Shown in pieces: positions 44,450 to 60,100 of a stretch of 64,000 nucleotides of DNA. How positions within the stretch are numbered: position 1 is the stretch's first letter; every line of letters begins with the position of its first letter. This stretch comes from Bugula neritina (taxonomy: Eukaryota; Animalia; Bryozoa). The notes under the pieces are model-generated. The model was not told where the DNA came from and did no database searches. It was given only the letters and a program-made list of their open reading frames with translations. The stretch is taken from assembly GCA_964035545.1 (NCBI GenBank), contig OZ037773.1, positions 4,493,751 to 4,557,750 of the forward strand, given 5' to 3'. A program made the position numbers and the translations under genes.

Positions 44450-45506
44450 ATTGATGTTGGTTCTATAAACAAATGACATATTGTGATGCAGCTCCATTGA
44501 GTGACATAGTTTTAAAACACAACATTATGCAAATAGAAAATGCATTATTCAAGATACTTAAAAAAAACTTGTAATAACATGACAGCAGCATTCACTTGTA
44601 ACTGTTTGTAAAAAGAACAATATACTATTAATTTATAAGACTTATCATTTAGTAGGTGAAATGGTAAAATACTTATTGGTATATGGAAGTTGATAACATG
44701 GATTATTAGGTTATTTTTATTAAGGTACATGATATGTAAGTATTAATGCATGTTATGAAAACTTAAAAATTTTACTTTGTACAGTTTTTAGTGTGTATAA
44801 GGTTTAACATAATATATTGTTTTTAATTTTTTTGCAAAATGATCAAAATTTTAATAGCACAATTGGCAAAAGGAATATTGATAAGTTGACAGTATTAAAG
44901 TGGTTAAGGTAAATAAAATGCATGCTCACTGTTATTTGTTATGCATTTATTTTTTATAGATTGTTTGATATTTGATTTGGAAAGTTGACACAAAACAAAC
45001 TTAATTTTGGTTAAGGGTTGTTGGGTTTTTAAACTATTTTAAACTGCAAATTCTTTTGAGTTCTGTAATATCTGATAGCATATACATATTGATAAGAAAA
45101 AGTTAAACACTGCAATGGTGTTTCAACTTATAAACTATGCTACAAATTTATATTACCCTAACTGTTAGTTACAGTTTTTCTAAAACAATGTTTAAAATAA
45201 ATGCTCTTTAAAACTTTAAAACAAACTTGTTTTATGCAAACTTTATTTATTTTAATAAAAAGCTAGTAATTTCATGAGTTTTTTTTTCCACTTGAAAAAA
45301 CTTATTAGTTTGATGCCTAAAGTTTTCATGCTTTGGTAAAAAGAGTAAACAGTCACATAATTGCTTTTTATCTTAATTAAAGAATTTAGCAAATGTATCA
45401 TTCTGTATTAAGCAGTATTGAATTATTCAAGCTTTTGTCAAAATTTGTAATTGTATATACATGAAAAAATTTTTAATAATTCTTATATGTTTATAATAAA
45501 ACCTAC

Positions 45507-45587
45507 CTGTAATACTCCACCTGTGTTGAACAAAAATCAGATATTAAACAATATTATAGTAAGAATGCATCTCAAAGCCTTTATATA
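45507..45587 (-). promoter_or_regulatory. TATA box and putative non-coding exon 1 of copy 9
   Basis: TATATAAA to CAG|GTAGGT; 81-bp form shared with copy 1. Confidence 0.6.
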
Positions 45588-46079
45588 CTATTTCAAATGA
45601 AATATTCAAACTTAAAACATTGCGTAGCTTTGAGACTATTGGCTAATAAATGTCCATACCTGCAAGCAATAGTGAGTAATTTGTTTACGAAATATTTTAT
45701 TTATAGAAAATATTTTCTGTTATATTTTAGGGTTTGGGATCAGGCTATTATAATCTTATTGTCGAAGGAAACATACTGGCGCTGAATAATTAGTAATGCT
45801 ATTCGGGTATGCAAAGGTTTCCCAAATATTTATACGCATTTGATTAATGAATTTGCTAAAACCATGAAACATAAGTTTTTTCTATTCTTAAGGTGTGGCC
45901 ATTGAACATTATTATGTGCTGACGAGGGAACAAATTCTAAAACACATGCACATGAACACGCATGCGCGCATACTAACACGCACATGCACACACACACAGA
46001 TAAAATATATAGCATATCATCTATCACAATATGCAATGGTGCATGTAATATGTATACTATTCAAAATATTTTAATATAT

Positions 46080-46368
<289 letters not shown>

Positions 46369-46373
46369 ATATA

Positions 46374-46557
<184 letters not shown>

Positions 46558-46613
46558 GTATGCTGATTGTCAATCTAGTTGAAGTTCCAGCAAAGTAAAG
46601 TGCTCGATATCAC

Positions 46614-47598
46614 GAGTGACAGAGCTAATATGTGATGGCTGCTGTCATTTTTGGTCTCTTGGGGGTGTCATCCAAGATTTTTACTTTTTAATGTGGATGA
46701 ATAGAGTAGGACTTTGTGATTACATTGCACTTTAAATTTTTAAAATCAGTCAAATAGAACCAGAAATATGCCAGGTTATACACACAGCGGTCCACAACAA
46801 ACGACTTTTATTATTTCGAGTAATTAACAGTCAAAGTTCGGCGACTTAAAATTGTACTAAATTCGTTGTTTATCTACCTAGCAACAGTGTCTTCAATTAG
46901 CTCCATCAGCCCAAAAGTTAGTTACCAGGGGTGGTTTTCTATGCTGATCATGAAAATATTAATTTAAAATTCATATCTGCAATATCCTAATCACTATTTC
47001 AGAGTTGAGTTCAGTATAATGAGAACATTTTGATGATTATTCTGAGAGATTAATACTATATTGCCTCAGTGGTTGCCTAATAAAATCTAACTATTTTGTA
47101 TCACTGTTGTCACTGAGTTCATCGTTAGTGTTATCACCACTACTCTTCAGTCCTAATCCTCAATTTTCAATGTAGAAACATTCTTTAAAATTGTCAATAT
47201 CTGAATTATCTATTAACTCGCAGCGCGATCTAGTCGCCATGTTTACTATTAGTAACAATTCTCAATCAAATTATACCTAATTACGTTGCGCTCTACACGA
47301 CGCCGCTATTCTAACTATTGTCAAAGGCTACGCTATTATGCTCTAATCACGTGACCAGCTTGCCAACCATGGAATGGCTCATTAAAACACCAATAATTCA
47401 TAAACCATAGCAGATATCACAAAATTGATTGGACAGCTGGAAAGAGCACATGTTAATTGACTATTGCACGCTAAAAGCTAAAATTGACCTATTTATGACG
47501 ACTATAGATAAAACCCCTTATAAGTAACAATCGCGAATAATGCCAAGAGACCAAAACTGACGGGAGCCATCACATATAATGTATTAGCTCTGTCACTC
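46614..47598. mobile_element. Non-autonomous DNA transposon / MITE-like element with ~50-bp imperfect TIRs
   Basis: Left GAGTGACAGAGCTAATA-TGTGATGGCTGCTGTCATTTTTGGTCTCTTGG; right end 47543-47598 is its reverse complement with an 8-nt indel; no ORF. Confidence 0.7.
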
Positions 47599-47664
47599 TG
47601 TCACACACACATGCGCATAGAATAATATATATAATATAGATGTATATATATAATATATATATAA

Positions 47665-47752
<88 letters not shown>

Positions 47753-47767
47753 CATATATATATATAC

Positions 47768-47833
<66 letters not shown>

Positions 47834-50480
47834 TTTAAGCACTTCATAGGCTTGGAAACAAGTTATTTTTTATATAAAAGAGAATTTTTAAGTATAATAT
47901 ATCTTATAATGCACTGCATCATATTGCTGTTTAGCTGCTCAAAAGTCTATTATACATTACGTTATGCAAGTCACTTATGAAAATTTTATGTTTTTGAACT
48001 AACTATATTAATAAATATTTATTTTATTTTGTCTTCCTTTAAGCTAGAATTTATTTTTCAACAAATTTGACTATAACATATCACCTAGAAATATTAGAGC
48101 TACAATTATTTGGAAGCCAATACCAGTGAAGAAACTTTTGGTCATTACGACATACAAACAATTAGCATAGTTGCCTATGTGTATGAAACAAGTTTTGGGA
48201 TTGATCCATCTCTTGACAAATTATCTTGCTTTATTGTGACGCAAATTGTAGTTTGGTAAAGAAATGTCATTCGCTAAAATACTAAAAATAAATTATAACA
48301 AGCTCACTAAAATTGGGAAAGCCATTACGATACATTGTTGGTAAACCAATGCAATACATTGTTGAAACAAACGAAGCTGTCAGGCTGAAAAGGATGGATT
48401 GAGCTTGTGATTGGCTGAAATATTTTCCATCTGCTACACGGCATGAAGGTACAGGTCTTTTTATGACTCACTGCCAGATGTTGCCTCACTCGCAGGTGCT
48501 TTGAAAACAGCTATTATATATACTACTCAGAATATTGTGTAAACTGCAAAATGAAAGATAAAATTATCATGGCATAAAAATAACTTAATCCTAAAAGTCC
48601 TAATAAGCAATATATAATAATTTTCCTTAGTAACCATGCGATTGTAGCATTCTAATAAACCAATGATAAATATAATGCTATGTAACTCATAGTGCTGTGT
48701 TATAATGTGATATGCAACTTAATAAAACATACTATAATAATATAACCTCTTTTGAACAAAATTTACAGATGTACAAATAAATTGGTTATTATATATAGGT
48801 AGTTGAAGAGCACAAAATTTTAAAGTGAAAGCAGCCGGAGCCTTGTGTTTAGGGAGAAGGCTTAGTGTGACACAGATCAATCTCAGTCACGTAGAGGTGT
48901 CACAATTTACTCATGTGGCTTAAAAGAAATCTCAAGGCCATGTTGTCCGGGTTGGTAAAAGACACTGTCCCTAGTGTTTTTGAAAACCCTTAAACCATCG
49001 GGTGTTTTTACAGCGACCGCAACTTTGAGCTCTGTCTGAGTTAGGAAAATCCAAAATGATCGATTTATTATCAAGTGAAAAGACGCCTAATTAAGCAACT
49101 TTATAAGTATATAAAAGCAGCAAATAGAAAAGTAAAAAACAATTGGGTACTTAGCAACAAGGAGAAGACTGAATAAGCAAATTATATGAGATAATTTGCT
49201 GAAGAAGCCGCGCCTAGAAAACTAACGAAATACTTCTAATTATAGGCTCTATTGGCCTATATCTGCTGCCAATAATAAAACAAGCAACATGGTAATTTAT
49301 TTAGACACATATAAGTTCTTTTACCAATTAAAAACAGAAACTTATATCATATTTGCAGTTGCATTTTTTGCAGCAGCCGTTTCAAATGGCTGGTATTTTG
49401 CATTAATTATATCTAAAAAATAGTTTTTAAATAATTTACAAGATATTATATATTCCCTGAGTTATGCATGGTATTGAGTTTGTCATCTGGCTATCGTGTT
49501 CTGATATTCAAGTATGAAGGTGCATTAATTACAATATAATGAATTTTTTATCAGCGGTAGTCAATGATTAGTAAATCTTGGCAATCTCTGATAATAATGA
49601 GTCTACTAGCATCAATCATGGAGTGTCTAGTAAGTACTTATAATAATGGCTTCAAAAAATAATTAAAAGTTATCCTAACAAACCTTCACTATTTGACATA
49701 TTAAGCGCATTCTATCATGCTAGAAAATACATTGGTTGTGAACATTATACCACTCTTAGTTAAATCATAATGAGCGTGAGTTATACCAATCACTATAGCA
49801 AGTTAATCAAAATAACTGGCGCATTACTTTATAATTATTTTACATTTATTAAGCTTACATAAAAATTTGCACTGCATATTTTAAAATGGGATCAGGTTAT
49901 GCTAGGGAAAGATAACTCTAAAACTCTTATCATATAGTATAAATATATATGTAGCATATACACCACTGAATGGAAAACAGATTTATCTCTTCATTATTCT
50001 AATTTGTATATTTCTAATGTATTTTAGTTAAAGCATTCATTCATAAATCACAAATGATTAATGTTCAGCAAATTTTTCTGTAGTGTTTGATTTTAATGCA
50101 TGTGATAGTCTAGTGAAATGTTGTCCACTGTACCAGTAACAATCGAGCTGGTGTATTGCAAAAAAATTGCAACTGTAACACTTCAGGATGTAATATATGC
50201 AGATATTTCAGAGCAAAAATGATAATGAAAAACATAATTACTTTAGGTTGTATAAAAATTCTACATGCCTAATTAAAACATAATATTTTGCTATCTCAAA
50301 AGCATTTGTTTTATTCGGATTTAGTAGTTACATATAATTATATATACGATATATTCAGAAACATAGCTATTTAAAAATATCAAACTTAATTTAATTACAG
50401 AGCTTTAACACAGAATTAACAGGGTGAAAAACCATGAAGGTCATGTCCAGGTCAAAGGTTAACAGCTGAGAAAGTTGACT

Positions 50481-50978
50481 TTACTTCCCATGATATTTGA
50501 GGCATTTACAAGAGGAACCAGAACACTTATATGAAGAATATCCTTTTCCTTTACAGTATTTCTTGCATTTACTTGGATATTTGGGGCAACCGTAGCTAGC
50601 CTCCGCTACTGAAGCTATTGAAAATTAATTACATGGTAAGGTAACTCCAATATTTTTACACTGCTTTTATAATATTATATATTGTAGTTTCTGTATAAAG
50701 CTAATTTATATGCAACCGCATCGGTGCAACAAATAGAAATGAATTATATGTAAAAAAATCAATTTATAAAGGAAGGAATAAGACTTAAACCTTGAAGATA
50801 TTTGAGTTATAATAATATTTTACTTAGGTATATATTATTATTTATACAAAAATTCTGTACCTACGTTAGATATAATTCAATAAAGTGTATTTCGCTCACA
50901 CAATATCCAATAAACATTTCACTTACCCAGTGCCATGATGACTATCATGGCAATCACAAACACAGCAATGACTTTCAT
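50481..50978 (-). CDS. CSalpha/beta defensin-like peptide, copy 10 (exons 50978-50927, 50614-50481)
   Basis: Intact; mature GYSS type; 5'UTR intron shortened to ~345 bp. Confidence 0.9.
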
Positions 50979-51336
50979 ATTGATGTTGTTTCTATAAACA
51001 AATGACATATTGTGATGGAGCTTCATTGGGTGACATTGAAGTTTTGAAACACAACAGTTATGCAAATGAAAATGCATTATTTAAGATACCTAAAAAGACC
51101 TTGTAATAACATAACAGCAGCATTCATCTGTAACTGCTTGTAAAAAGAACAATATACTACTCATTCATAAGACTTATCATCTAATTGCTTTTTATCTTAA
51201 ATGAAAAATTTAGCAAATGTATTATATTGTATTAAGCAGTATTGAATTTTTTAAACTTTTGTCAAAATTTGTAATTGTATATACATGCAAAATTTTTTAA
51301 TAATATATATATATGTTTTATAATCATTAAACGTAC

Positions 51337-51406
51337 CTGTAATACTTCACAAAAGTCAGATAGTAACTAATATTGTAGTAAGAATGCATATCAAAGCCTT
51401 TATATA
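51337..51406 (-). promoter_or_regulatory. TATA box and putative non-coding exon 1 of copy 10
   Basis: Same motif spacing. Confidence 0.6.
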
Positions 51407-51790
51407 CCAGTTCAACTGCAATATTCAAACTTGAAATACCGCGCAGCTTTGAGATGATTGGCTAATAAATATCCATATCTGCAAGCAATAGTGAGTAATT
51501 TGCTTACGAAATATTTTATTTATAGAAAACATGTTCTGTTATTGATTTTAAGGTTTGTGATCAGACTATATTATTCTTATTGTCGAAGGAAACATACTGA
51601 CGCTGAATAATTAATAATACTATTTGGGTATGTAAAGGTTTCCCAAATATTTATACATTCGATTAATTAATTTGCTAAAACCATGAAACATAAGTTTTTT
51701 TCTATTATTATGGTGTGGCCATTGAACATTATTATGTGCTGACAAGGGGACAAATTCTAAAACAGCTGCTGTACACACAGAGTGAGGTAC

Positions 51791-51841
<51 letters not shown>

Positions 51842-51876
51842 AGGAAAAGAGCAATTTAATTATATAGATGTTGTTT

Positions 51877-51927
51877 TATTGTACTACTAATAGTTTCATG
51901 CCTCTTCGGCACTCCTCAGGCACAATA
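51877..51927 (-). ncRNA. Minimal type I hammerhead ribozyme in Penelope pseudo-LTR
   Basis: Reverse complement of 54479-54529. Confidence 0.8.
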
Positions 51928-52177
51928 TTGACGAATTTAAATTTTTACATTAAGAAAATCAAAATGCTAAACACAAGGTAAAACGTAACGAAGACATAGC
52001 AGTGGCTGTATTGTTATATAGGTTTGTAGGTGTAAATTAATATATAAAAAAACCATAATGTAATGTAAAAACATAATTTATAGCAGATGCATGAAGTTTT
52101 TGTTGGGTGACTATTCTCTATGGGTATTTGTATATTATTTACTATAGTACTTAAAATATAAATAGGCTACAGAGTTT

Positions 52178-54052
52178 CTAGGTTTTGTGGTTGCACAGTA
52201 AGAATTTTTTTGAGTGTCGGCAGGTTGATAAGAGTTCGTTTCGCTTGTTTAAAGTACACATGTTAGGTTTGTATAAAATAAAGAAACATTTCCATAGGCA
52301 TAAATTACACCTTTTGGTAGTTGTGTTGTATGGTTTCGCTTTTCTTAATATTTTCCAGCTTATGTTGTGCTTAATGTTTTTGTTAGTTAGTTGCCAAATG
52401 TGTTTGCTAAGTTTTGTTTGATTTGCTTTCTCCTTGTTTTTAAATGATGATCTGTGGTTTGCGTATCTTAGTTTGAACGGTCCTTCACTTAGGCCAAGGT
52501 ATGTTGCAGGCAGCTCGTTTTCGGTAGTTTCCACAGTTGCTTGGTATATAACTCTGCTCTCCTGGCAGCTTCCTTTCAGCGGACAACTTTCTTTTTCTCT
52601 TCAGTTGCAGTTTTTTCTGGGGGTTTTGTTTTGTTGCTTCTGTTTCTCTAATAGTCTGTTATTGTGGGCATTTATGGTCTGTTTTATGTTTGGCATGCAG
52701 CTGTAGCTAACCTTTATAGTGTTTTTGTTGATTATTTTATAGAGTGGGTGTTGTTTTGGAAATTCCTCATTCATGATTTTAAAGAAGATTTTTGCAATTC
52801 TTGTGGTTACATGTTGGCTGTATGGTGGATTGTACCAAACAACTTTTCTTTTTTGGTTTCGAGATTTCTGTTGTGTGTTGTTTGTTTGGGTTCTTGGTAG
52901 GAATTGTAGTTGGTGTTTGTAGCCACTTTGGTTTAGGAGGTTTTGGTGGTTGTAGGTGGATTGTGTGAAAATTTTCTCGTTAGATGATATTGACAGTCGT
53001 TTATTAACGGACGAGGGTAGGTTGGAGATTATGCTTGCTGGGTGGTTGGATTTGTTATGAATATATTTAGTAGAACTGTTTGGCTTAGTGTATGGTGTGT
53101 AGGTTTTATTGTTTAGGTTGAGTGTGGTGTCTAAGAAGTTAATAATTTTTTTATTTGCTTCGATTGTTTTTTTTAATCCATTTTCAGAAAATATTTTGCA
53201 GATGTCCTTTTTTATGTTCTCTATTTCTCTGGGTGTTTTGTCAGAGACTCCTAAGCCGTCATCTCTGTACAGGCCAAAGTTTTTGCCATGTTTTAGTGTT
53301 ATTGAGTTTAAAATGTAAGCCCCAACTAGTTCGCATGTTTCTGCGCCGTCATATCCTCCCATTGTAACGTCGAAGAGGTTGTGGTTATGTTTTCCCCATG
53401 CCTTTCCAGAGTTGAAGAGTAGTGAATTTTTGGCATGTATAATTATTTCTCTTTCATCTTCGCTAATTGTATCAAATTCCGATGCAAAAGTTAGAGCGTT
53501 TTCAAGTAGGCTTTTTGAAATTGAAGGGTAAAAGTCTATGACGTCAAATGAAATAAATGTCTGTTGATGTTTGTTGTTAATTCCTTCAAACCATTTTATT
53601 ACATCAGTGGTGTTTTTCCATTGGTTTAGGTGTGTGTTAGTGAGAATTTTGTTATTTATTCGGTCTAATATTTTCTTACTAATCTTTCCTATCTCTGGTT
53701 TGCAGGGGTTTATGAGGCGGCAACTTGGTTTATTTGTAAAATTGTCCTTGTGATCTTTCAGTGTGATGAAAGCTTCTTGCTCACCAGTTGTAGTGACTCT
53801 GTCCTTAAGGTCTAGTTTGTTAACAATTTGGTTTGTTTTAGTTTTGATTTTGTCTATTGTGTGTTTGCTTACCTTCTTGTATGTCTTGGTGATGCTGTCT
53901 TGGAGCATTTTGTTGTACAGGTGTGTGTCCATTTTGTAGAAATTGTTAGTTTTATCGGATGGTACTAAAAGAGTAGTTGAGTTTTTAATTTTGTTTCTGA
54001 TGTCTTGTCGAAGTTTTCTTTGGAGAGTAGTTGTATTTTGTTTGAATTTCAC
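52178..54052 (-). pseudogene. Penelope RT/GIY-YIG ORF, 5'-truncated, one in-frame TGA at 52601-52603
   Basis: ORFs 52601..54052 and 52178..52534 are in the same frame: ...KNCN*REKESCPLKGSCQESRVIYQATVETTE... Confidence 0.85.
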
Positions 54053-54478
54053 ATTGCGTATCTCAACCTGATACCATACAACACAACTACCAAAAGGTGT
54101 AATTTATGCCTATGGGAATGTTTCTTTATTTTATACAAACCTAACATGTGTACTTTAAACAAGCGAAACGAACTCTTATCAACCTGCCGACACTCAAAAA
54201 TATTCTTACTGTGCAACCACAAAACCTAGAAACTCTGTAGCCTATTTATATTAAAGTACTATAGTAAATAATATACAAATACCCATAGAGAATAGTCACC
54301 CAACAAAAACTTCATGCATCTGCTATAAATTATGTTTTTACATTACATTATGGTTTTTTTATATATTAATTTACACCTACAAACCTATATAACAATACAG
54401 CCACTGCTATGTCTTCGTTACGTTTTACCTTGTGTTTAGCATTTTGATTTTCTTAATGTAAAAATTTAAATTCGTCAA

Positions 54479-54529
54479 TATTGTGCCTGAGGAGTGCCGA
54501 AGAGGCATGAAACTATTAGTAGTACAATA
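54479..54529 (+). ncRNA. Minimal type I hammerhead ribozyme in inverted Penelope pseudo-LTR
   Basis: TATTGTGC-CTGAGGA-GTGCC(GAAGA)GGCAT-GAAA-CTATTAG-TA-GTACAATA. Confidence 0.8.
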
Positions 54530-54646
54530 AAACAACATCTATATAATTAAATTGCTCTTTTCCTCAATAATATAATTGCTCATTATTATACACATAATAA
54601 TTTGAGCACTTTTTTATCGCTGTTTTTAAAAATCTCACGATACAAT

Positions 54647-55853
<1,207 letters not shown>

Positions 55854-55897
55854 TATATATATATATATATATAATTATGTGTATATATACATGTATA

Positions 55898-56149
<252 letters not shown>

Positions 56150-56155
56150 TATACA

Positions 56156-56221
<66 letters not shown>

Positions 56222-56225
<4 letters not shown>

Positions 56226-56940
56226 GTCTGAAGATCAATATCAAGAAAACGGAAACGCTTTACCAACCGGCACCTGGAGCCCATGACAGTGGTGACAGTA
56301 TCTGCATAGATAATGTAGACCTTGCCAACATCAATAAGTTTAAATATCTTGGGTCTACAGTGATGTGCAACAACAAGATGGATGAAGAGATTCATAAAAG
56401 GATGTCCAATGCTTCAATCTCATTCGGCAGACTAAAGACCAAAGTGTGGTACAATAAGGATCTGTCATTCAAGACCAAGTGTACAGTGTACAGAGCCATT
56501 GTCCTGTCCTCTCTGCTCTATGGAGCGGAGGCCTGGCCGCTCACAAATTCAACACCTATATGATGAGACATCTACGCCAGATCTTGAACGTGAAGTGGTG
56601 GGATTTCATCTCGAATGAGGAGACTCTAGCACAGGCAAATCTACCCAGCATGTATGAACTACTCATTCAAAAAAACCTGAGATGGGCTGGTCATGTGCAT
56701 CGAATGGATAATTCTAGATTACCTAAACAAATTATCTATTCACAACTGAAAGAAGGCACCCGTGGTGTTGGCAGGCCGCGACTGAGATTCAAAGATACCG
56801 TTAAACGCAATCTAAAAGACCTGAAGATCCCTATTGGTAGCTGGCAATCTCTCAGCAAAGACAGATGTAAATGGAGGACCATGATTCACCGGAAGTCATC
56901 TTCGGACACGAAGGACAGCTAATGACATGACACATGACAT
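56222..56940 (+). mobile_element. RTE-clade LINE 3' fragment
   Basis: [11 protein letters not shown]...FKYLGS...LLYGAEAW / LRWAGHVHRMDNSRLPKQIIYSQL..GRPRLRFKDTVKRNL; frameshift near 56535; short ATGAC-repeat tail. Confidence 0.88.
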
Positions 56941-57080
56941 ATATATACTACGTGAAACAATATTGTAGTCGAAAAATTATTATATAAGTTTATTTTATAT
57001 CCAAAGTTGTATCAGTACCAAATATAAATACTCTATTTTTTGAAATATTGAATTCTTTTGATTCATTTTTTAAATATAGA

Positions 57081-57196
<116 letters not shown>

Positions 57197-60100
57197 GTGC
57201 GTGTGTGCGTGTGTGCGTGTGTGTGTGTGTGTAAACACTTCATAGGCTTGGAAAAAAACTATTTTTTATAAAAGAGATTTTTTAATTATACTATATCTTA
57301 TAATGCACTGCATCACATTGCTGTTTAGCTGCTCAAAAATCTATTATACACTATATCATGCAAGTCACCTATAAATATTTTATGTTTTTGAACTAACTAT
57401 ATTAATAAATATCTATTTTATTTTGTCTTCCCTTAAGCTAGAATTTATTTCCAACAAATTTGATTATAACATATCACCTAAAAATATTAGAGCTACAATT
57501 ATTTGGAAGCCAATACAGGTGAAGAAACTGTTGGTCATTACAACATACAAAAAAAATCAGCATAGTTGCCTATGTGTATAAAACAAGTTTTGAGATTGAT
57601 CCAACTCTTCACAAATTATCTTGTTTTATTGTGACGCAAATTGTGGTCTGGTAAAGAAATGTCATTCGCTAAAATACTAAAAATAAGTTATAACAAGCTC
57701 ACTAAAATTTGGAAAGCCATTATGATACATTGTTGGTAAACCAATGAAATACATTGTTGAAACAAACAAAGCTGTTAGAATGAAAAGTATAAATTGAGCT
57801 TGTGATTGGCTGAAAAACTTTCAAACTGCTCAATGGCATGGAGGTGCAGGTTTTTTCATAACTCACTGCCAAATGTTGCCACACTAGCAGGTGCTTTAAA
57901 AACAGCTATTATATATACTACTCAGAATATTGTGTAAACTGCCAAATGAAAGATAAAATTCTCAAAGCATAAAAATAATTTAATCCTAAAAGTGCTAATA
58001 AGCAATATATTATAATTTGCCTTAGTAACCATGAAATTGTAATTTTGCAATAAACCAATGATAATTATAATGCTATGTAATTCATTGTGCTGTGTTATAA
58101 TGTGATATGCAATTTGATAAAACATACTATAATAATATAACCTCTTTTGAACAATTAATTACATATGTACGCCTAAATGATATATAACTAGAATGGTGTC
58201 AACAATAAACAATTCTACTTGTATAAACAATGTGGCTGCACATCAGCTAAATAAATCATGTACTAAAATATTGATGCAAATCACTTTGAATTTCCAGGAA
58301 ACCCAAAATGTTATTTTATTGCAAATAACACCTATTGTAGTTATTATATCTTGGTCATCTATTATATAATACGTGAAGAATCCAAATTAACAGTCCATTT
58401 ATAAAACTTTATTTGGGTTAAAGTTAATTACAGCTAAAATGCTAATAAATAGTTTTAGCTAATATTTTAAAAGGTTTCTTTATCTTTTATGCTATATATG
58501 TTAAAGTTTAGAAGTTGAAGAATTGCGCTGATTTGGGTAATACTCCTAAACTAGCAAATAGCTACTCAAAATTTATTTCAATTTAGATTGCCAACTTCAA
58601 TACTCTGTGATTTTGTTTTTAGAAAACTATCTGCGTCATCTACCTATTAAAATCCTGACATTACGGCAATGCCTAATATCCGTTATTATTTATAGAACCA
58701 CATAAACTGCATAAAGGGTATTTAGCTGTTATGATGAGTTTCAGTTTATTAGAAAAGTCTCGAATCACTTGCCCAAGCCTAACATAACTTTTTGTCAGAG
58801 TAATTATGTTTAAAAAAGATCTTAAACACTAAAAGTCACATTATGCAATAATTTCACCATTATTGCTTGCTCATAGAAAAAATGAAAGTATGTATTATTA
58901 TATGCACACATATTTATGGTTAATAAATTCAGTAAGCGTTAAGTAATATTATGATAGGAATTTGACAGACAAGAGATCTATAACACTTTTTGATTACAGA
59001 TGGTTAAAGAAACAACATCCAGGTGTTTCAGTTGAGTGATAATTTGTTTGGCGTCTCTTGCATTTTCTAAATTTTTTTGATAAGTTGACTAAGCATGATG
59101 CAATTCTGATATTCAGATTGGTTTACACAAGATTGTTTCTGAATCAGTCAAGTGATCATGCTATGCTACCATTTCCTTTATTGCTGTTTACAGCATATTA
59201 CAATGCATAAAAAATAGTAAATTTAAACACAATCCGTTTCCAATAATCCCACAGCATTTCTCATTATGCAAAACCTTGGATATGCTTATAATATTTTATA
59301 AATATCTATGCAATTGACAAAAATATTGAAATATAAATTGTATGCGTGTTGCAATTATTTGTAGCCGGCAAGAACAAAATGTGAATAAAATTGATACTAT
59401 ATCTAAGCATAAGAAGTTATCAGCTTCTATAATCTACTATGAAACAACTACCGGAACATAAAATAATGTAATATATATACATATGCTAAATGAAAATATA
59501 TAGTATTGGAACAAAAATTGCAATCAGTTTTGTTTCATAAATTTTGTTTCTGTGCAAAAAGATTTTCGATCACATACCAAATTTATAAAATTATGTTTAA
59601 ACAGTTTATAGGCACCAAGTACAATATAAATTTGAGATTTTGCAAAATCGACTGTTAGTCATGAAAACCCACATTGAAGATGTTTTACTCTTAGCTAGCA
59701 TACAATAAATCAAAGTTGTTCTATGTTTGTATAGTGTTCTCTCTAATAAATATTGTATTTTTCTTCTACATTGTAAACAACTAATAAAAATATGCAATTT
59801 ATTATGAACTTATGAGAATGCAGGCATTTTCAATTGAAAATTATGATAAACAGTCTATTTTGCTTTACTGTGGAATTTTAGTCTTGTTAACTTGACAACA
59901 AAATGCAACATGAAACATGAAGACTGACAGGTATATGGTACTACACTATGCCAAAAGAGAATTGACAAGTTGGTTATTATATATAGGTAGTTGAAGAGCA
60001 CAAAGTTTTAAAGTGAAAGCAGCCGGAGCCTTGTGTTTAGGGAGAATGCTTACTGTGACACAGATCAATCTCAGTCACGTAGAAATGTCACAATTTACTC

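Noticed and set aside
54005-54229. Independent 74-aa gene
   Set aside because: It is the inverted duplicate of the Penelope endonuclease C-terminus.
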